Positions 9,588 to 18,261 of a stretch of DNA of 64,000 nt are shown in pieces. Below the pieces are notes generated by a model. That model saw nothing but the letters and a program-made list of their open reading frames with translations, searched no databases and was not told the origin of the DNA. This DNA is from Clostridia bacterium (lineage in GTDB: Bacteria > Bacillota > Clostridia > Christensenellales > UBA1242). The DNA lies in the NCBI GenBank assembly GCA_017453125.1, contig JAFTKS010000013.1, positions 8,693 to 72,692 on the forward strand, in the 5' to 3' direction. How positions within the stretch are numbered: the first letter of the stretch is position 1; every line of letters begins with the position of its first letter. The position numbers and the translations under genes were made by a program.

Positions 9588-10746
9588 TTATATCTCCGTT
9601 TCACAACTTAATAGTTATATCAAAGGTATATTTGATGCCGAAGTTATGCTTCAAAATATTTCTGTATTTGGAGAAGTGAGTAGTTATAGTATATCTGGAG
9701 GCAATGCTTATTTTAATTTAAAAGATGAGTTTGGAATGCTTTCTTGTGTATTATTCGGTGCTAATAGATATGAGGCTCCAAATGTTGGAGATATGGTGCT
9801 TGTGTCTGGAAGTATGAATTATTACGCAAAAGGCGGTAAACTTTCTTTCAATGCGTATTCAATTGTTCCTTATGGTAAGGGGCTTTTGTATGAGAAATTT
9901 TTAAAATTAAAGGCAGAACTTGAAAATCGTGGATATTTTGATGTAGACAGAAAAAAGCCAATTCCTCAGAAGGTTAAGCGAATTGGTGTTGTGTCTAGTG
10001 AAACTGGTGCAGTTATACGAGATATTATTGATGTGACACATAGGCGAAATGATTCTATTGATATTGTCTTGTATCCTGTTAAGGTTCAAGGATTGGGTGC
10101 CGAAAGAGAGATTGCGACAGGTATTGATTTTTTCTCTAATTATGACAATGTTGATGTTGTAATTGTTGCAAGAGGCGGTGGTAGTATGGAAGACCTGGAA
10201 CCGTTCAATACTGAGATTGTTGCCAATGCAGTTTATAATTGCAAAAAACCGCTTGTCTCTGCGGTTGGTCACGAAACCGATTTTACAATTATTGATTTTG
10301 TTTCTGATTTGCGTGCGCCGACGCCGTCTGCGGCTGCTGAACTTGTTGCTTGGGACAAGTCGTTGGAGGTTGAAAATATATATTCGTCAATTAGGTTTAT
10401 GCAAAGTATTGTAGAATCGAATATTAATGATTGCTTTAAAAACATTTTATCTTGTATGAATCGAATTGGTGTATGTGTTTTAAATAATATTACAGTTGCA
10501 GAATCTCAAATTAATTCAAAAATTATGGCTCTTGATAAAGTTAATACATTGCTTGTATCTAAAGAATCTATTATTAATAATCTAATAACAAAAATAGAGG
10601 CGTATAATCCGTCTAAGATTCTAAATATGGGTTATTCAAAGGTTATTAAGAATGGAAAAGTAATTAAGACTATCTCAGATATAAAGTCGGGAGATGATAT
10701 AAATATATCAATGGTAGATGGTGTAGTTTCTGCTATTGTAAAATGA
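9577..10746 (+). CDS. xseA: Exodeoxyribonuclease VII large subunit
   Basis: Motifs RIGVVSSETGAVIRDI and VARGGGSMEDL. Followed by xseB. Confidence 0.93.
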   Translation: MRDNYISVSQLNSYIKGIFDAEVMLQNISVFGEVSSYSISGGNAYFNLKDEFGMLSCVLFGANRYEAPNVGDMVLVSGSMNYYAKGGKLSFNAYSIVPYGKGLLYEKFLKLKAELENRGYFDVDRKKPIPQKVKRIGVVSSETGAVIRDIIDVTHRRNDSIDIVLYPVKVQGLGAEREIATGIDFFSNYDNVDVVIVARGGGSMEDLEPFNTEIVANAVYNCKKPLVSAVGHETDFTIIDFVSDLRAPTPSAAAELVAWDKSLEVENIYSSIRFMQSIVESNINDCFKNILSCMNRIGVCVLNNITVAESQINSKIMALDKVNTLLVSKESIINNLITKIEAYNPSKILNMGYSKVIKNGKVIKTISDIKSGDDINISMVDGVVSAIVK

Positions 10747-10753
10747 GGTTATT

Positions 10754-10960
10754 ATGAGTTTAGAGGAAAAACTAAAAGAAATAGATGAAATATGTATAAA
10801 ATTAGAAAATGCTGATTTGGGTCTTGATGAAGGTGTTGCTTTGTATGAAAAAGGCACAAAGATTGCAAAAGAGTGTTTGAAAGAGTTGAATGAAGTAAAG
10901 GGAAAAGTTAACGTTATAAAAAAGGAAATCGATTCTTATAAAGAAGAGGATTTTGATTAG
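10754..10960 (+). CDS. xseB: Exodeoxyribonuclease VII small subunit
   Basis: 68-aa helical protein (LEEKLKEIDEICIKLE...GVALYEKG) directly after xseA. Confidence 0.9.
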   Translation: MSLEEKLKEIDEICIKLENADLGLDEGVALYEKGTKIAKECLKELNEVKGKVNVIKKEIDSYKEEDFD

Positions 10961-10969
10961 GAGAAAATT

Positions 10970-12649
10970 ATGAAATTATCAAATATGTTTTTTAAAACAT
11001 TTAGAGAAGATCCTGCCAATGCAGAAATTAATAGTCATAAGTTACTTGTAAGAGCTGGATATATCAAACAACTAGGTAATGGTATTTTTACATATCTTCC
11101 TATGGGACTTAAGGTTCTTGAGAAGATAAAGAATATTATTAGAGAAGAAATGAATGCTAAGGGTGCAATAGAATTACAAATGCCAATTCTTCTTCCTCAG
11201 GAAATATATGCCAATAGAATTCAGACTTTTGGTAATACAATGTACAAATTGCAGGATAGCACTGGTAAAGACTATTGCTTGGGTCCTACTCACGAAGAAC
11301 CTTTCACATTTCTTGTAAAAGAGAGTATTAATAGTTATAAACAATTGCCTATTACTTTGTATCAAATTCAAAATAAGTATAGAGACGAAATAAGAGCAAG
11401 GTTTGGTCTTCAAAGAGCAAAAGAGTTCATTATGAAAGACGCTTATTCCTATGATACATCTGTTGAGAACCTAGATAAGTCTTTTGGGAAAATGAAAGAT
11501 GCTTATACAAATATCTTTACAAGACTTGGTCTTGATTTTGTTCCAGTTGAGGCTGACAATGGTGTGATGGGTGGTGCTGGTTCTATTGAGTTTATGGTCA
11601 AGGCAGATATCGGTGAAGATGAAATTATAGTATGTGATTGTGGTTATGGTGCTAATACTGAGAAGGCAGAATGTGTATTTGAGCAAGTAGATAATTCTTC
11701 GGTTGAAAGAAAGGAAAAAGAACTTGTACATACCCCAAATACAAAGACTATTGAAGAGTTGACAGAATTTCTTCAAGTATCTAAGGATAATTTTCTGAAA
11801 GCGGTTGTTTATTCTACAGACAAAGGTGTTGCAGTTGCTTTGGTTCGTGGAGATAGAGATGTTGAAGAAGTTAAACTTCAAAATAATCTTGGTGCTATTT
11901 CGATGGAAATGGCAACTCCAGAGCAAATTATCTCTATTGGTTCTGTTGCAGGATTCGTAGGTGCGTTGAACTTAAAGGACTGTATTGTTGTTGCAGATAA
12001 TGATGTAAAAAATATGGTTAACTTTGTGATAGGTGCAAATAAGCAAGATTATCATTATGTAAATGCTAATTTGGAAGATTTGAACATTAATTATTTTGCA
12101 GACATCAAGAAGATGAGGGCTGGAGATAAGTGTCCTCGATGTGGTGGTATTGTAAGAACTGTAAGAGGAATTGAGGTTGGTCATATCTTTAAATTGGGAA
12201 CTAGATACTCAAAAGCTCTTGAATGTAAATACCTTGATGAGAATGGCAAAGAACAATATATGATTATGGGTTGCTATGGTATTGGTGTAAGTAGAACGTT
12301 TAGTGCTTTGGTTGAACAGAATTGCGATGAGAAAGGAATTGTATGGCCAGAGATAGTTGCTCCATACAAGATTGAAATTGTTGTTGCAAACAATAAAGAC
12401 GAGTTGCAGAAGTCTGTGGCAAATGATCTATACGAAAAACTAATTGATTCAAAAGATGAAATTTTGCTTGATGATAGAAATGAAAGCTTTGGTGTAAAAC
12501 TTAATGATGCAGAATTGATTGGTGTTCCTTATATTGTAATTGTTGGAAGGGGAGCCAAAGATGGAGTTGTTGAGTTTATAAAAAGATCAACACTTGAAAA
12601 AGTTGAAGTTGCAATTGATGATTTGGTTACAAAATTCAAAAATATGTAA
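10970..12649 (+). CDS. proS: Proline--tRNA ligase (bacterial type with editing insertion)
   Basis: Class II motifs YRDEIRARFGLQRAKEFIMKDAYS and GCYGIGVSRTF. 559 aa. Confidence 0.96.
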   Translation: MKLSNMFFKTFREDPANAEINSHKLLVRAGYIKQLGNGIFTYLPMGLKVLEKIKNIIREEMNAKGAIELQMPILLPQEIYANRIQTFGNTMYKLQDSTGKDYCLGPTHEEPFTFLVKESINSYKQLPITLYQIQNKYRDEIRARFGLQRAKEFIMKDAYSYDTSVENLDKSFGKMKDAYTNIFTRLGLDFVPVEADNGVMGGAGSIEFMVKADIGEDEIIVCDCGYGANTEKAECVFEQVDNSSVERKEKELVHTPNTKTIEELTEFLQVSKDNFLKAVVYSTDKGVAVALVRGDRDVEEVKLQNNLGAISMEMATPEQIISIGSVAGFVGALNLKDCIVVADNDVKNMVNFVIGANKQDYHYVNANLEDLNINYFADIKKMRAGDKCPRCGGIVRTVRGIEVGHIFKLGTRYSKALECKYLDENGKEQYMIMGCYGIGVSRTFSALVEQNCDEKGIVWPEIVAPYKIEIVVANNKDELQKSVANDLYEKLIDSKDEILLDDRNESFGVKLNDAELIGVPYIVIVGRGAKDGVVEFIKRSTLEKVEVAIDDLVTKFKNM

Positions 12650-12660
12650 TATAAATTATA

Positions 12661-12687
12661 AGTCTACATTTTTGTAGACTTTTTTTG
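12661..12687 (+). terminator. Intrinsic terminator after proS
   Basis: AGTCTACA tttt TGTAGACT followed by TTTTTTT. Confidence 0.85.
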
Positions 12688-12890
12688 TGTGATGGCAATT
12701 TTTATTTAATTTATTTGAATTTGATATTCACAACTATAAATTTATTTCAAATTTTGATTTGAAATATCATAAATAAATTTTTTCTTTTAGAATGGTTGGT
12801 GGTTGATATTTATGCAAAAATTATGCATAAAACTGGTTTTTTGATTCCAAAAGTAGGGGGAATGTCTTAAAAAATGGCTTAATTTAGCGA

Positions 12891-12981
12891 TTATGCATTT
12901 TTATGCATATTTATACATTTTGAAAATTTGATATGCACAATGATGAATTTTTATGAAAAAATTTATGAATAAATATTCAAA
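12891..12981. promoter_or_regulatory. Phased array of ARG-box-like half sites (TTATGMA), ending in a consensus ARG box
   Basis: TTATGCA/TTATGAA-type heptamers at 12891, 12901, 12911 (TTATACA), 12931 (ATATGCA), 12951 and 12963. Two more lie at 12810 and 12821. Spacing is mostly 10-12 bp. Confidence 0.4.
12964..12981. promoter_or_regulatory. ARG box (ArgR/AhrC operator) abutting the argR promoter
   Basis: TATGAATAAATATTCAAA matches TNTGAATWWWWATTCANW at every specified position. Lies 6 nt upstream of the -35. Confidence 0.55.
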
Positions 12982-12987
12982 AACCCC

Positions 12988-13016
12988 TTGCATAAAGATA
13001 AAAGTTGTTGTATAAT
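12988..13016 (+). promoter_or_regulatory. Sigma-A-type promoter of argR
   Basis: TTGCAT (12988-12993), 17-nt spacer, TATAAT (13011-13016). Gives a leader of about 180 nt before ATG 13204. Confidence 0.5.
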
Positions 13017-13203
13017 TATAGCAATCACATTGGAAGTGATAATTTAGTTATTTATTTCTTTGATGTTTATGGGGAATATTCAAAGTTCAATAAATACTAA
13101 TCGACTACTTATTTGTAGTCTCCTAATTCATTAGGGTGTGTTTGTAGTAGCCGTGGTGGACGGTTACTACAAAACAAATTAATTACAGTTTTGAGGTGGA
13201 AAT

Positions 13204-13656
13204 ATGGCTCGTAATTCAAGGCAATCAAAAATACTTGAACTGATTTCATTACAGGAGATTGAAACTCAAGAAGAATTAGTCGCAGCATTAAGAGATGCTA
13301 ACTTTGATGTAACACAAGCAACAATCAGTAGAGATATTAAGGAATTGGGGTTAATTAAAATCTTGTCTGATAGTAAAAAGTACAAATACACTGTTGCAAA
13401 TTCATCAATCCAGGCTTTATCAAATAAATGTCTTAACATTTTCAAAGAGTGCGTTATATCTGTAAAGTCTGCATCTAATCTTACAATTGTTAAGGTTATC
13501 AAAGGAACTGCAGGTATGGTAAGTGGGCTAATTGACCAGTTGTCGTTGTCTCAAATACTAGGTTGTACATATGGGGATGATACAGTACTAGTTATTACAT
13601 CTAATGAGGAAGATTCATTCTTTGTAAGAGACAAATTGAATTCGCTACTTAATTAA
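13204..13656 (+). CDS. argR: Arginine repressor
   Basis: wHTH motif VTQATISRDIKELGL and C-terminal GTAGMV...GDDTVLV oligomerisation/arginine-binding pattern. Precedes recN, as in Firmicutes. Confidence 0.93.
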   Translation: MARNSRQSKILELISLQEIETQEELVAALRDANFDVTQATISRDIKELGLIKILSDSKKYKYTVANSSIQALSNKCLNIFKECVISVKSASNLTIVKVIKGTAGMVSGLIDQLSLSQILGCTYGDDTVLVITSNEEDSFFVRDKLNSLLN

Positions 13657-13674
13657 TTTGTTAATTTTTTAAAA

Positions 13675-13701
13675 ATACAATTTTAGATTGTATTTTTTTT
13701 T
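13675..13701 (+). terminator. Intrinsic terminator after argR
   Basis: ATACAAT / ATTGTAT stem followed by an 8-T run. Confidence 0.7.
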
Positions 13702-13773
13702 GACTTGTTTTTTATTTTATTATTTGGTAAAATACTTTCAGAAGATAATAATATATTTGCTTTTAAGGATATT

Positions 13774-15477
13774 ATGTTAGTTAGTATTAAGATTTCAAAT
13801 TTAGCATTAATTGAAAAAAGTCATATTGAATTTGATGAGGGGTTCAATGTGCTTACTGGTGAGACTGGTGCAGGAAAATCGTTGATTGTTGATGCATTAC
13901 TTTTTCTTACTGGTATACGTGCGGACAAAACCCTAATCAAAGCAGGTCAAGAATCTGCAAGGGTTGAGGGAATGTTCTCGGTGAGTACGGACGATGTTCA
14001 GGTGACTGAGATATTGAATTCTGTTGGGCTTGAAAATGATGGTCAGATTTTGATTTCTAGACAATTTAATATTAATGGCAAAAATGAATGTCGTCTTAAT
14101 GGCGAGATGGTAACTCTAAATATAATTAGAAAGCTATCCGCTGTTATTATAGATATTTTTGGACAAAACGATAGTCAAGCGTTGCTTGATAGCAATAACC
14201 ATATTCGTTTGCTTGATGAATTGATTGAAGATAATTTGAGTGACGAGAAGAAGGAACTGCACAAACTTCTTTCTGAATTAAGTCTAATCAATACATCAAT
14301 TAAAGAATTAGGCGGACTTGATAGTGATAGAATAAACAATCTTCAATTGCTTGAATTTCAAATCAAAGAAATTGATGAGGCAAATCTTGTTGATGGTGAA
14401 GAAGAGGATTTGAAAAATAAAATCTCAACTATGCAAAATAGTGAGAAAATATATTCTGCACTTGATTATGCTACTAGTGCAATTGATAATGATTATAGTG
14501 TTGAGAATATGATAAAAACCTCTATTAATCATCTTTCGTCGATAGAAAACTTTGATAGTGAAATTACATCTTTGAAAGATAGGTTATACTCAATAAGATA
14601 TGAAGTCCAAGATATTTTATCCGAAATTTCAAGTAAGAGGGATAATATTACTTTTGACGAAGAAGAACTTGAGATGTGTCAAGATAGACTGATGCTTATT
14701 CGTGATTTGGAAAGAAAGTATGGTGCAACTATTGCTGGAATTCTTGAGTATAGGCAAGATATAGGTCGGAAGTTTGAGAAACTAAATAATGCTGATGCCG
14801 AATTGGAGAGACTAAAACTTAATAAAAATAATGTATTAAGACAAATATTTGATTCTTGCTCTAGATTGAGAGAAATAAGAAAGGCAGAAATTATTAAATT
14901 ACGCGAACGTCTAATTATAGAATTGCAACAACTTGGAATGAATAGTGCTAATTTTGAGGTTGGATTTATAAATGACCTAAGTCTTGATAATATTGAATCG
15001 GTTGTTAATGAAAATGGTGCTGACAACATTGAGTTTTTGTTTAGTGCCAATCTTGGTGTTGCTCCAAGACCGCTTAGTAAGATTATTTCTGGTGGTGAAA
15101 TGAGTAGATTTATGCTTGCATTCAAAACTTTGCAAAATGCAGACGGAAATAAAACTTGTATCTTTGATGAGATTGATACTGGTATTGGTGGAGAGGTTGG
15201 AAAAATCGTAGGACAAAAGATTTGCAAAATTTCCCGAAACTCCCAAGTTATTTGTATAACACACCTTGCTCAGATTGCTAGTTTTGGAGATGTAAATTTC
15301 AAGATTGAAAAAACTGAAGATGATGTTTCTACAAAGACGTCTGTTTCAAGGTTAACTGCTGATGAAAAATGTATTGAAATTGCAAGAATGCTGGGTAGTA
15401 AGAATGAGACTTCAATAAATCACGCAAAAGAAATCATTGATGAATCAAATGCTTTCAAACTATTTATTTCAAAATAA
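13774..15477 (+). CDS. recN: DNA repair protein RecN
   Basis: Walker A GETGAGKS, signature SGGEMSR, Walker B IFDEIDTGIGG. ATG 13774 (MLVSIKISN...) preferred over ORF-track start 13705. Confidence 0.95.
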   Translation: MLVSIKISNLALIEKSHIEFDEGFNVLTGETGAGKSLIVDALLFLTGIRADKTLIKAGQESARVEGMFSVSTDDVQVTEILNSVGLENDGQILISRQFNINGKNECRLNGEMVTLNIIRKLSAVIIDIFGQNDSQALLDSNNHIRLLDELIEDNLSDEKKELHKLLSELSLINTSIKELGGLDSDRINNLQLLEFQIKEIDEANLVDGEEEDLKNKISTMQNSEKIYSALDYATSAIDNDYSVENMIKTSINHLSSIENFDSEITSLKDRLYSIRYEVQDILSEISSKRDNITFDEEELEMCQDRLMLIRDLERKYGATIAGILEYRQDIGRKFEKLNNADAELERLKLNKNNVLRQIFDSCSRLREIRKAEIIKLRERLIIELQQLGMNSANFEVGFINDLSLDNIESVVNENGADNIEFLFSANLGVAPRPLSKIISGGEMSRFMLAFKTLQNADGNKTCIFDEIDTGIGGEVGKIVGQKICKISRNSQVICITHLAQIASFGDVNFKIEKTEDDVSTKTSVSRLTADEKCIEIARMLGSKNETSINHAKEIIDESNAFKLFISK

Positions 15478-15535
15478 TCAAGCGTATAATCTTTCGTTGG
15501 CATTCTTTCTTACAAGAATTGCCAATTTGGTTGTA

Positions 15536-15564
15536 GTATAATATTAATTAATTTAAACAAAATA
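15536..15564 (+). promoter_or_regulatory. Candidate forespore (sigma-F/sigma-G type) promoter of spoIVB
   Basis: GTATA (15536-15540), 17-nt spacer, CAAAATA (15558-15564). Compare the sigma-G consensus GHATR-17/18-CATNNTA. By-eye match only. Confidence 0.35.
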
Positions 15565-15596
15565 CTCCTAAGGTGATTTTGCCTTAGGGGTATTTT

Positions 15597-16799
15597 ATGT
15601 ATAAAAGGAAAAGGTTTCTTATTGTTTTAATAATAATGTTATTCATTACAATATCTGTATTTTTTCCCTATGATTATCTTTTAACCTTAGAGCAAAATAT
15701 GATAGTAACAAAAGATGAACTTCAAGAAATGTTAGATGAGAATTTTGTTCTTAGCACCAAAGTCTCTTCTGTTTCTGCACTTGAAAATGAGGAATTTGAC
15801 CAATATATAATTGATTACAAATTGTTTGATTTGTTTAGGATAAAAAGGCTTAGGGTTAATGTTGTAGAACCCGATAGGTATTTTGCAGGTGGTAATTCTC
15901 TTGGCTTTTCTCTTCAATCTAAGGGTATAATTTTGATTGGTGGTAATTATATATTGTCTAATAATGGAATTGAAAGACCATTTGAAAATAGTGGACTTCA
16001 AACGGGAGATATCATAACTCATATTAATGATAAGGAAATAGATTGCGTGTCTGATATCAACGATATACTCAATCATTATACTGGTGGTGAGTTGAAGTTG
16101 AGGGTTAATAGACTTGGAAGTATTATGGAAATTGGTATTCTTCCTGCGCTAGATAAACTAACAAATACATATAAACTTGGACTTTGGGTTAAGGAAGATG
16201 CTGTGGGTATTGGTACACTTACTTTCATCAATGCGACAACAGGTAGGTTTGGTTCTCTTGGTCATTCTATAAACGATAGCGAAACAAACGAATGTATAGA
16301 AGTGAGAGGGGGAAATATATTCAAAAGCAAAATTATCGGAGTTAAGAAAGGTTATTCGGGAAGAGCGGGAGAATTGATGGGTACATTCAATAGAGAAGAT
16401 GTAATTGGCTCTGTTGATAAAAATTGCGAATATGGCGTCTTTGGTTATGTGTCTGATGTTGAAGAAATAACAGAGGGAAAATTATCAATGCCAATAGGTG
16501 GTAGGCTATCTGCAAAACCTGGCAAAGCCACGATTCTATCTTGTATTGATGATGATACCATAGAGGAATTTGATATAGAAATAATCAAGACCAATTTTCA
16601 ATCATCGTCCGACCAGAAAAGTATGGTAATTAGGGTTACTGACAAAGATTTGATTGAAAGAACTGGTGGTATAGTTCAGGGTATGAGTGGGAGTCCAATA
16701 ATTCAAGATGGCAAAATTATTGGGGCGGTGACACACGTCTTTGTCAATGACGCAACCAAAGGCTTTGGATTATATATTGATTGGATGTTGGATCAATAA
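15597..16799 (+). CDS. spoIVB: SpoIVB signalling serine peptidase (S55) with PDZ domain
   Basis: Motifs FGSLGHSI and catalytic GMSGSPI. N-terminal TM segment. Lies after recN, as in Bacillus and Clostridium. Confidence 0.92.
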   Translation: MYKRKRFLIVLIIMLFITISVFFPYDYLLTLEQNMIVTKDELQEMLDENFVLSTKVSSVSALENEEFDQYIIDYKLFDLFRIKRLRVNVVEPDRYFAGGNSLGFSLQSKGIILIGGNYILSNNGIERPFENSGLQTGDIITHINDKEIDCVSDINDILNHYTGGELKLRVNRLGSIMEIGILPALDKLTNTYKLGLWVKEDAVGIGTLTFINATTGRFGSLGHSINDSETNECIEVRGGNIFKSKIIGVKKGYSGRAGELMGTFNREDVIGSVDKNCEYGVFGYVSDVEEITEGKLSMPIGGRLSAKPGKATILSCIDDDTIEEFDIEIIKTNFQSSSDQKSMVIRVTDKDLIERTGGIVQGMSGSPIIQDGKIIGAVTHVFVNDATKGFGLYIDWMLDQ

Positions 16800-16897
16800 T
16801 TGATATATTGAAGTTTATTAAATAAAATTAAATATATATTGATAATTTTATAAAAACAAGTAATTATATATATAATTATAAAAGTTATCAAAATGTA

Positions 16898-16926
16898 TTG
16901 ACAAATGAATAAATAATAGATATAAT
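16898..16926 (+). promoter_or_regulatory. Sigma-A promoter of the infC-rpmI-rplT operon
   Basis: TTGACA (16898-16903), 17-nt spacer, TATAAT (16921-16926). Confidence 0.65.
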
Positions 16927-16932
16927 TATCTC

Positions 16933-17052
16933 GTAGTTTAAAGAAGAAGTTTCCACTTCTCACCCGTCGAATTCCGTTTTGGCGTGGTCATTAATAGATA
17001 ATTTATTATTTATTTTTGCGAGGAGTGGGTAATAAGATTACTCACTTTTTTT
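16933..17052 (+). ncRNA. L20 leader (ribosomal protein L20 autoregulatory attenuator)
   Basis: Structured leader between the promoter and infC. Ends in the terminator AGTGGGTAAT aag ATTACTCACT followed by a T-run (17024-17052). Location and architecture match the Firmicute L20 leader. Confidence 0.6.
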
Positions 17053-17084
17053 AATCTATAAATATTATTTGGGGGTACACCACT

Positions 17085-17597
17085 ATTAAAGAGTTACTTA
17101 TTAATGAGCAAATAAGAGCACAACAAGTTAGACTTATTGGAAGTCAAGGAGAGGCTCTTGGCGTAGTTTCTTATAAGGACGCTATGCAAAAGGCTGAAGA
17201 AGAAGGATTGGATTTGGTTCTAATGTCACCTAATGCCGTTCCGCCTGTTTGTAAGATTATGGACTATGGCAAACATAGATTCGATACTCTTAAGAAAGAA
17301 AAAGAGGCAAAAAAGAAACAGAAAGTTTCGGAAGTTAAGGGAATGCAACTTAGTATGAATATTGCTGATAATGATATGCAGTTCAAGGCTAAGAATGTTA
17401 GAAAGTTCTTGCTTAACGGAGACAAAGTGAAAGTTTCTCTTAGAATGTTCGGAAGACAACTTGCGAATCCACAAATGGGGCTACCTATTATGGAGAAATT
17501 CTATGAGATGCTATCTGATGTGAGTGAACTTACATCAAAGCCTGAAATTAATGGTAGACAAATTGTGATGGTATTATCACCCAAGAGTACAAAATAA
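17085..17597 (+). CDS. infC: Translation initiation factor IF-3 (ATT start codon)
   Basis: The frame upstream of ORF-track ATG 17184 reads IKELLINEQIRAQQVRLIGSQGE, the conserved IF-3 N-terminus. In-frame ATT 17085 lies 9 nt after GGGGG (17071-17075). Confidence 0.88.
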   Translation: MKELLINEQIRAQQVRLIGSQGEALGVVSYKDAMQKAEEEGLDLVLMSPNAVPPVCKIMDYGKHRFDTLKKEKEAKKKQKVSEVKGMQLSMNIADNDMQFKAKNVRKFLLNGDKVKVSLRMFGRQLANPQMGLPIMEKFYEMLSDVSELTSKPEINGRQIVMVLSPKSTK

Positions 17598-17618
17598 ATC
17601 AATATAAGGAGAAAAATT

Positions 17619-17813
17619 ATGCCTAAAGCTAAAACACATTCTGGAGCAAAAAAGAGATTTAAATTAAAGAAATCAGGACTTATCAAAAGAAACAAAATGA
17701 ATAGAAGACACATCCTTACTAAGAAGTCACCAGATAGAAAAAGACATCTTAGAAAAGCAGGATACGTATCAAAAGCTGATGAGAGAAATATTAAGGAGTT
17801 GCTTTCTGCGTAA
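17619..17813 (+). CDS. rpmI: 50S ribosomal protein L35
   Basis: N-terminus [15 protein letters not shown], 64 aa. Confidence 0.97.
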   Translation: MPKAKTHSGAKKRFKLKKSGLIKRNKMNRRHILTKKSPDRKRHLRKAGYVSKADERNIKELLSA

Positions 17814-17836
17814 AGCCCAATTAGGAGGAATTAACT

Positions 17837-18196
17837 ATGAGAATTAAGAGAAGTGTAAATGCATTAAAGAAAAGAAGAAAAATCCTAAAATCTGCAAAAG
17901 GTTATTGGGGTGCTAGAAGCAAACTTTATAGAGTTGCTAGACAAGCTGTTATGAAAGCTGGTCAATATGCTTATGTTGGAAGAAGACTTAAAAAGAGAGA
18001 TTTCAGACAACTTTGGATCGCTAGAATTAACGCAGGATGTAGACAAAATGATATGTCTTATAGCCAATTTATGCACGGACTTAAAGTTGCAAAAATTGAC
18101 TTGAACAGAAAGGTTCTTGCTGATCTTGCTCTTTCTGACGAAAAGGCTTTTGCTAGCCTTGTTGCTACTGCTAAAAAAGCAATTGCAAAAAACTAA
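17837..18196 (+). CDS. rplT: 50S ribosomal protein L20
   Basis: N-terminus [28 protein letters not shown], 119 aa. Confidence 0.97.
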   Translation: MRIKRSVNALKKRRKILKSAKGYWGARSKLYRVARQAVMKAGQYAYVGRRLKKRDFRQLWIARINAGCRQNDMSYSQFMHGLKVAKIDLNRKVLADLALSDEKAFASLVATAKKAIAKN

Positions 18197-18209
18197 TATT
18201 TAATTTAAG

Positions 18210-18234
18210 ACAAGTATTTTTTAATACTTGTTTT
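18210..18234 (+). terminator. Intrinsic terminator after rplT
   Basis: ACAAGTATT tttt AATACTTGT followed by a short T-run. Confidence 0.55.
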
Positions 18235-18261
18235 AACTTTTTGTAGTATTTAGAGGAATTT

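Noticed and set aside
10961-10969. A T-box leader in front of proS.
   Set aside because: Only 9 nt separate the xseB stop from the proS start, which leaves no room for a leader. proS is evidently co-transcribed.
13063-13134. A 23-codon ORF (MFMGNIQSSINTNRLLICSLLIH) in the argR leader as an arginine-sensing leader peptide.
   Set aside because: It has a single Arg codon, no RBS and no downstream terminator or antiterminator logic tied to it.
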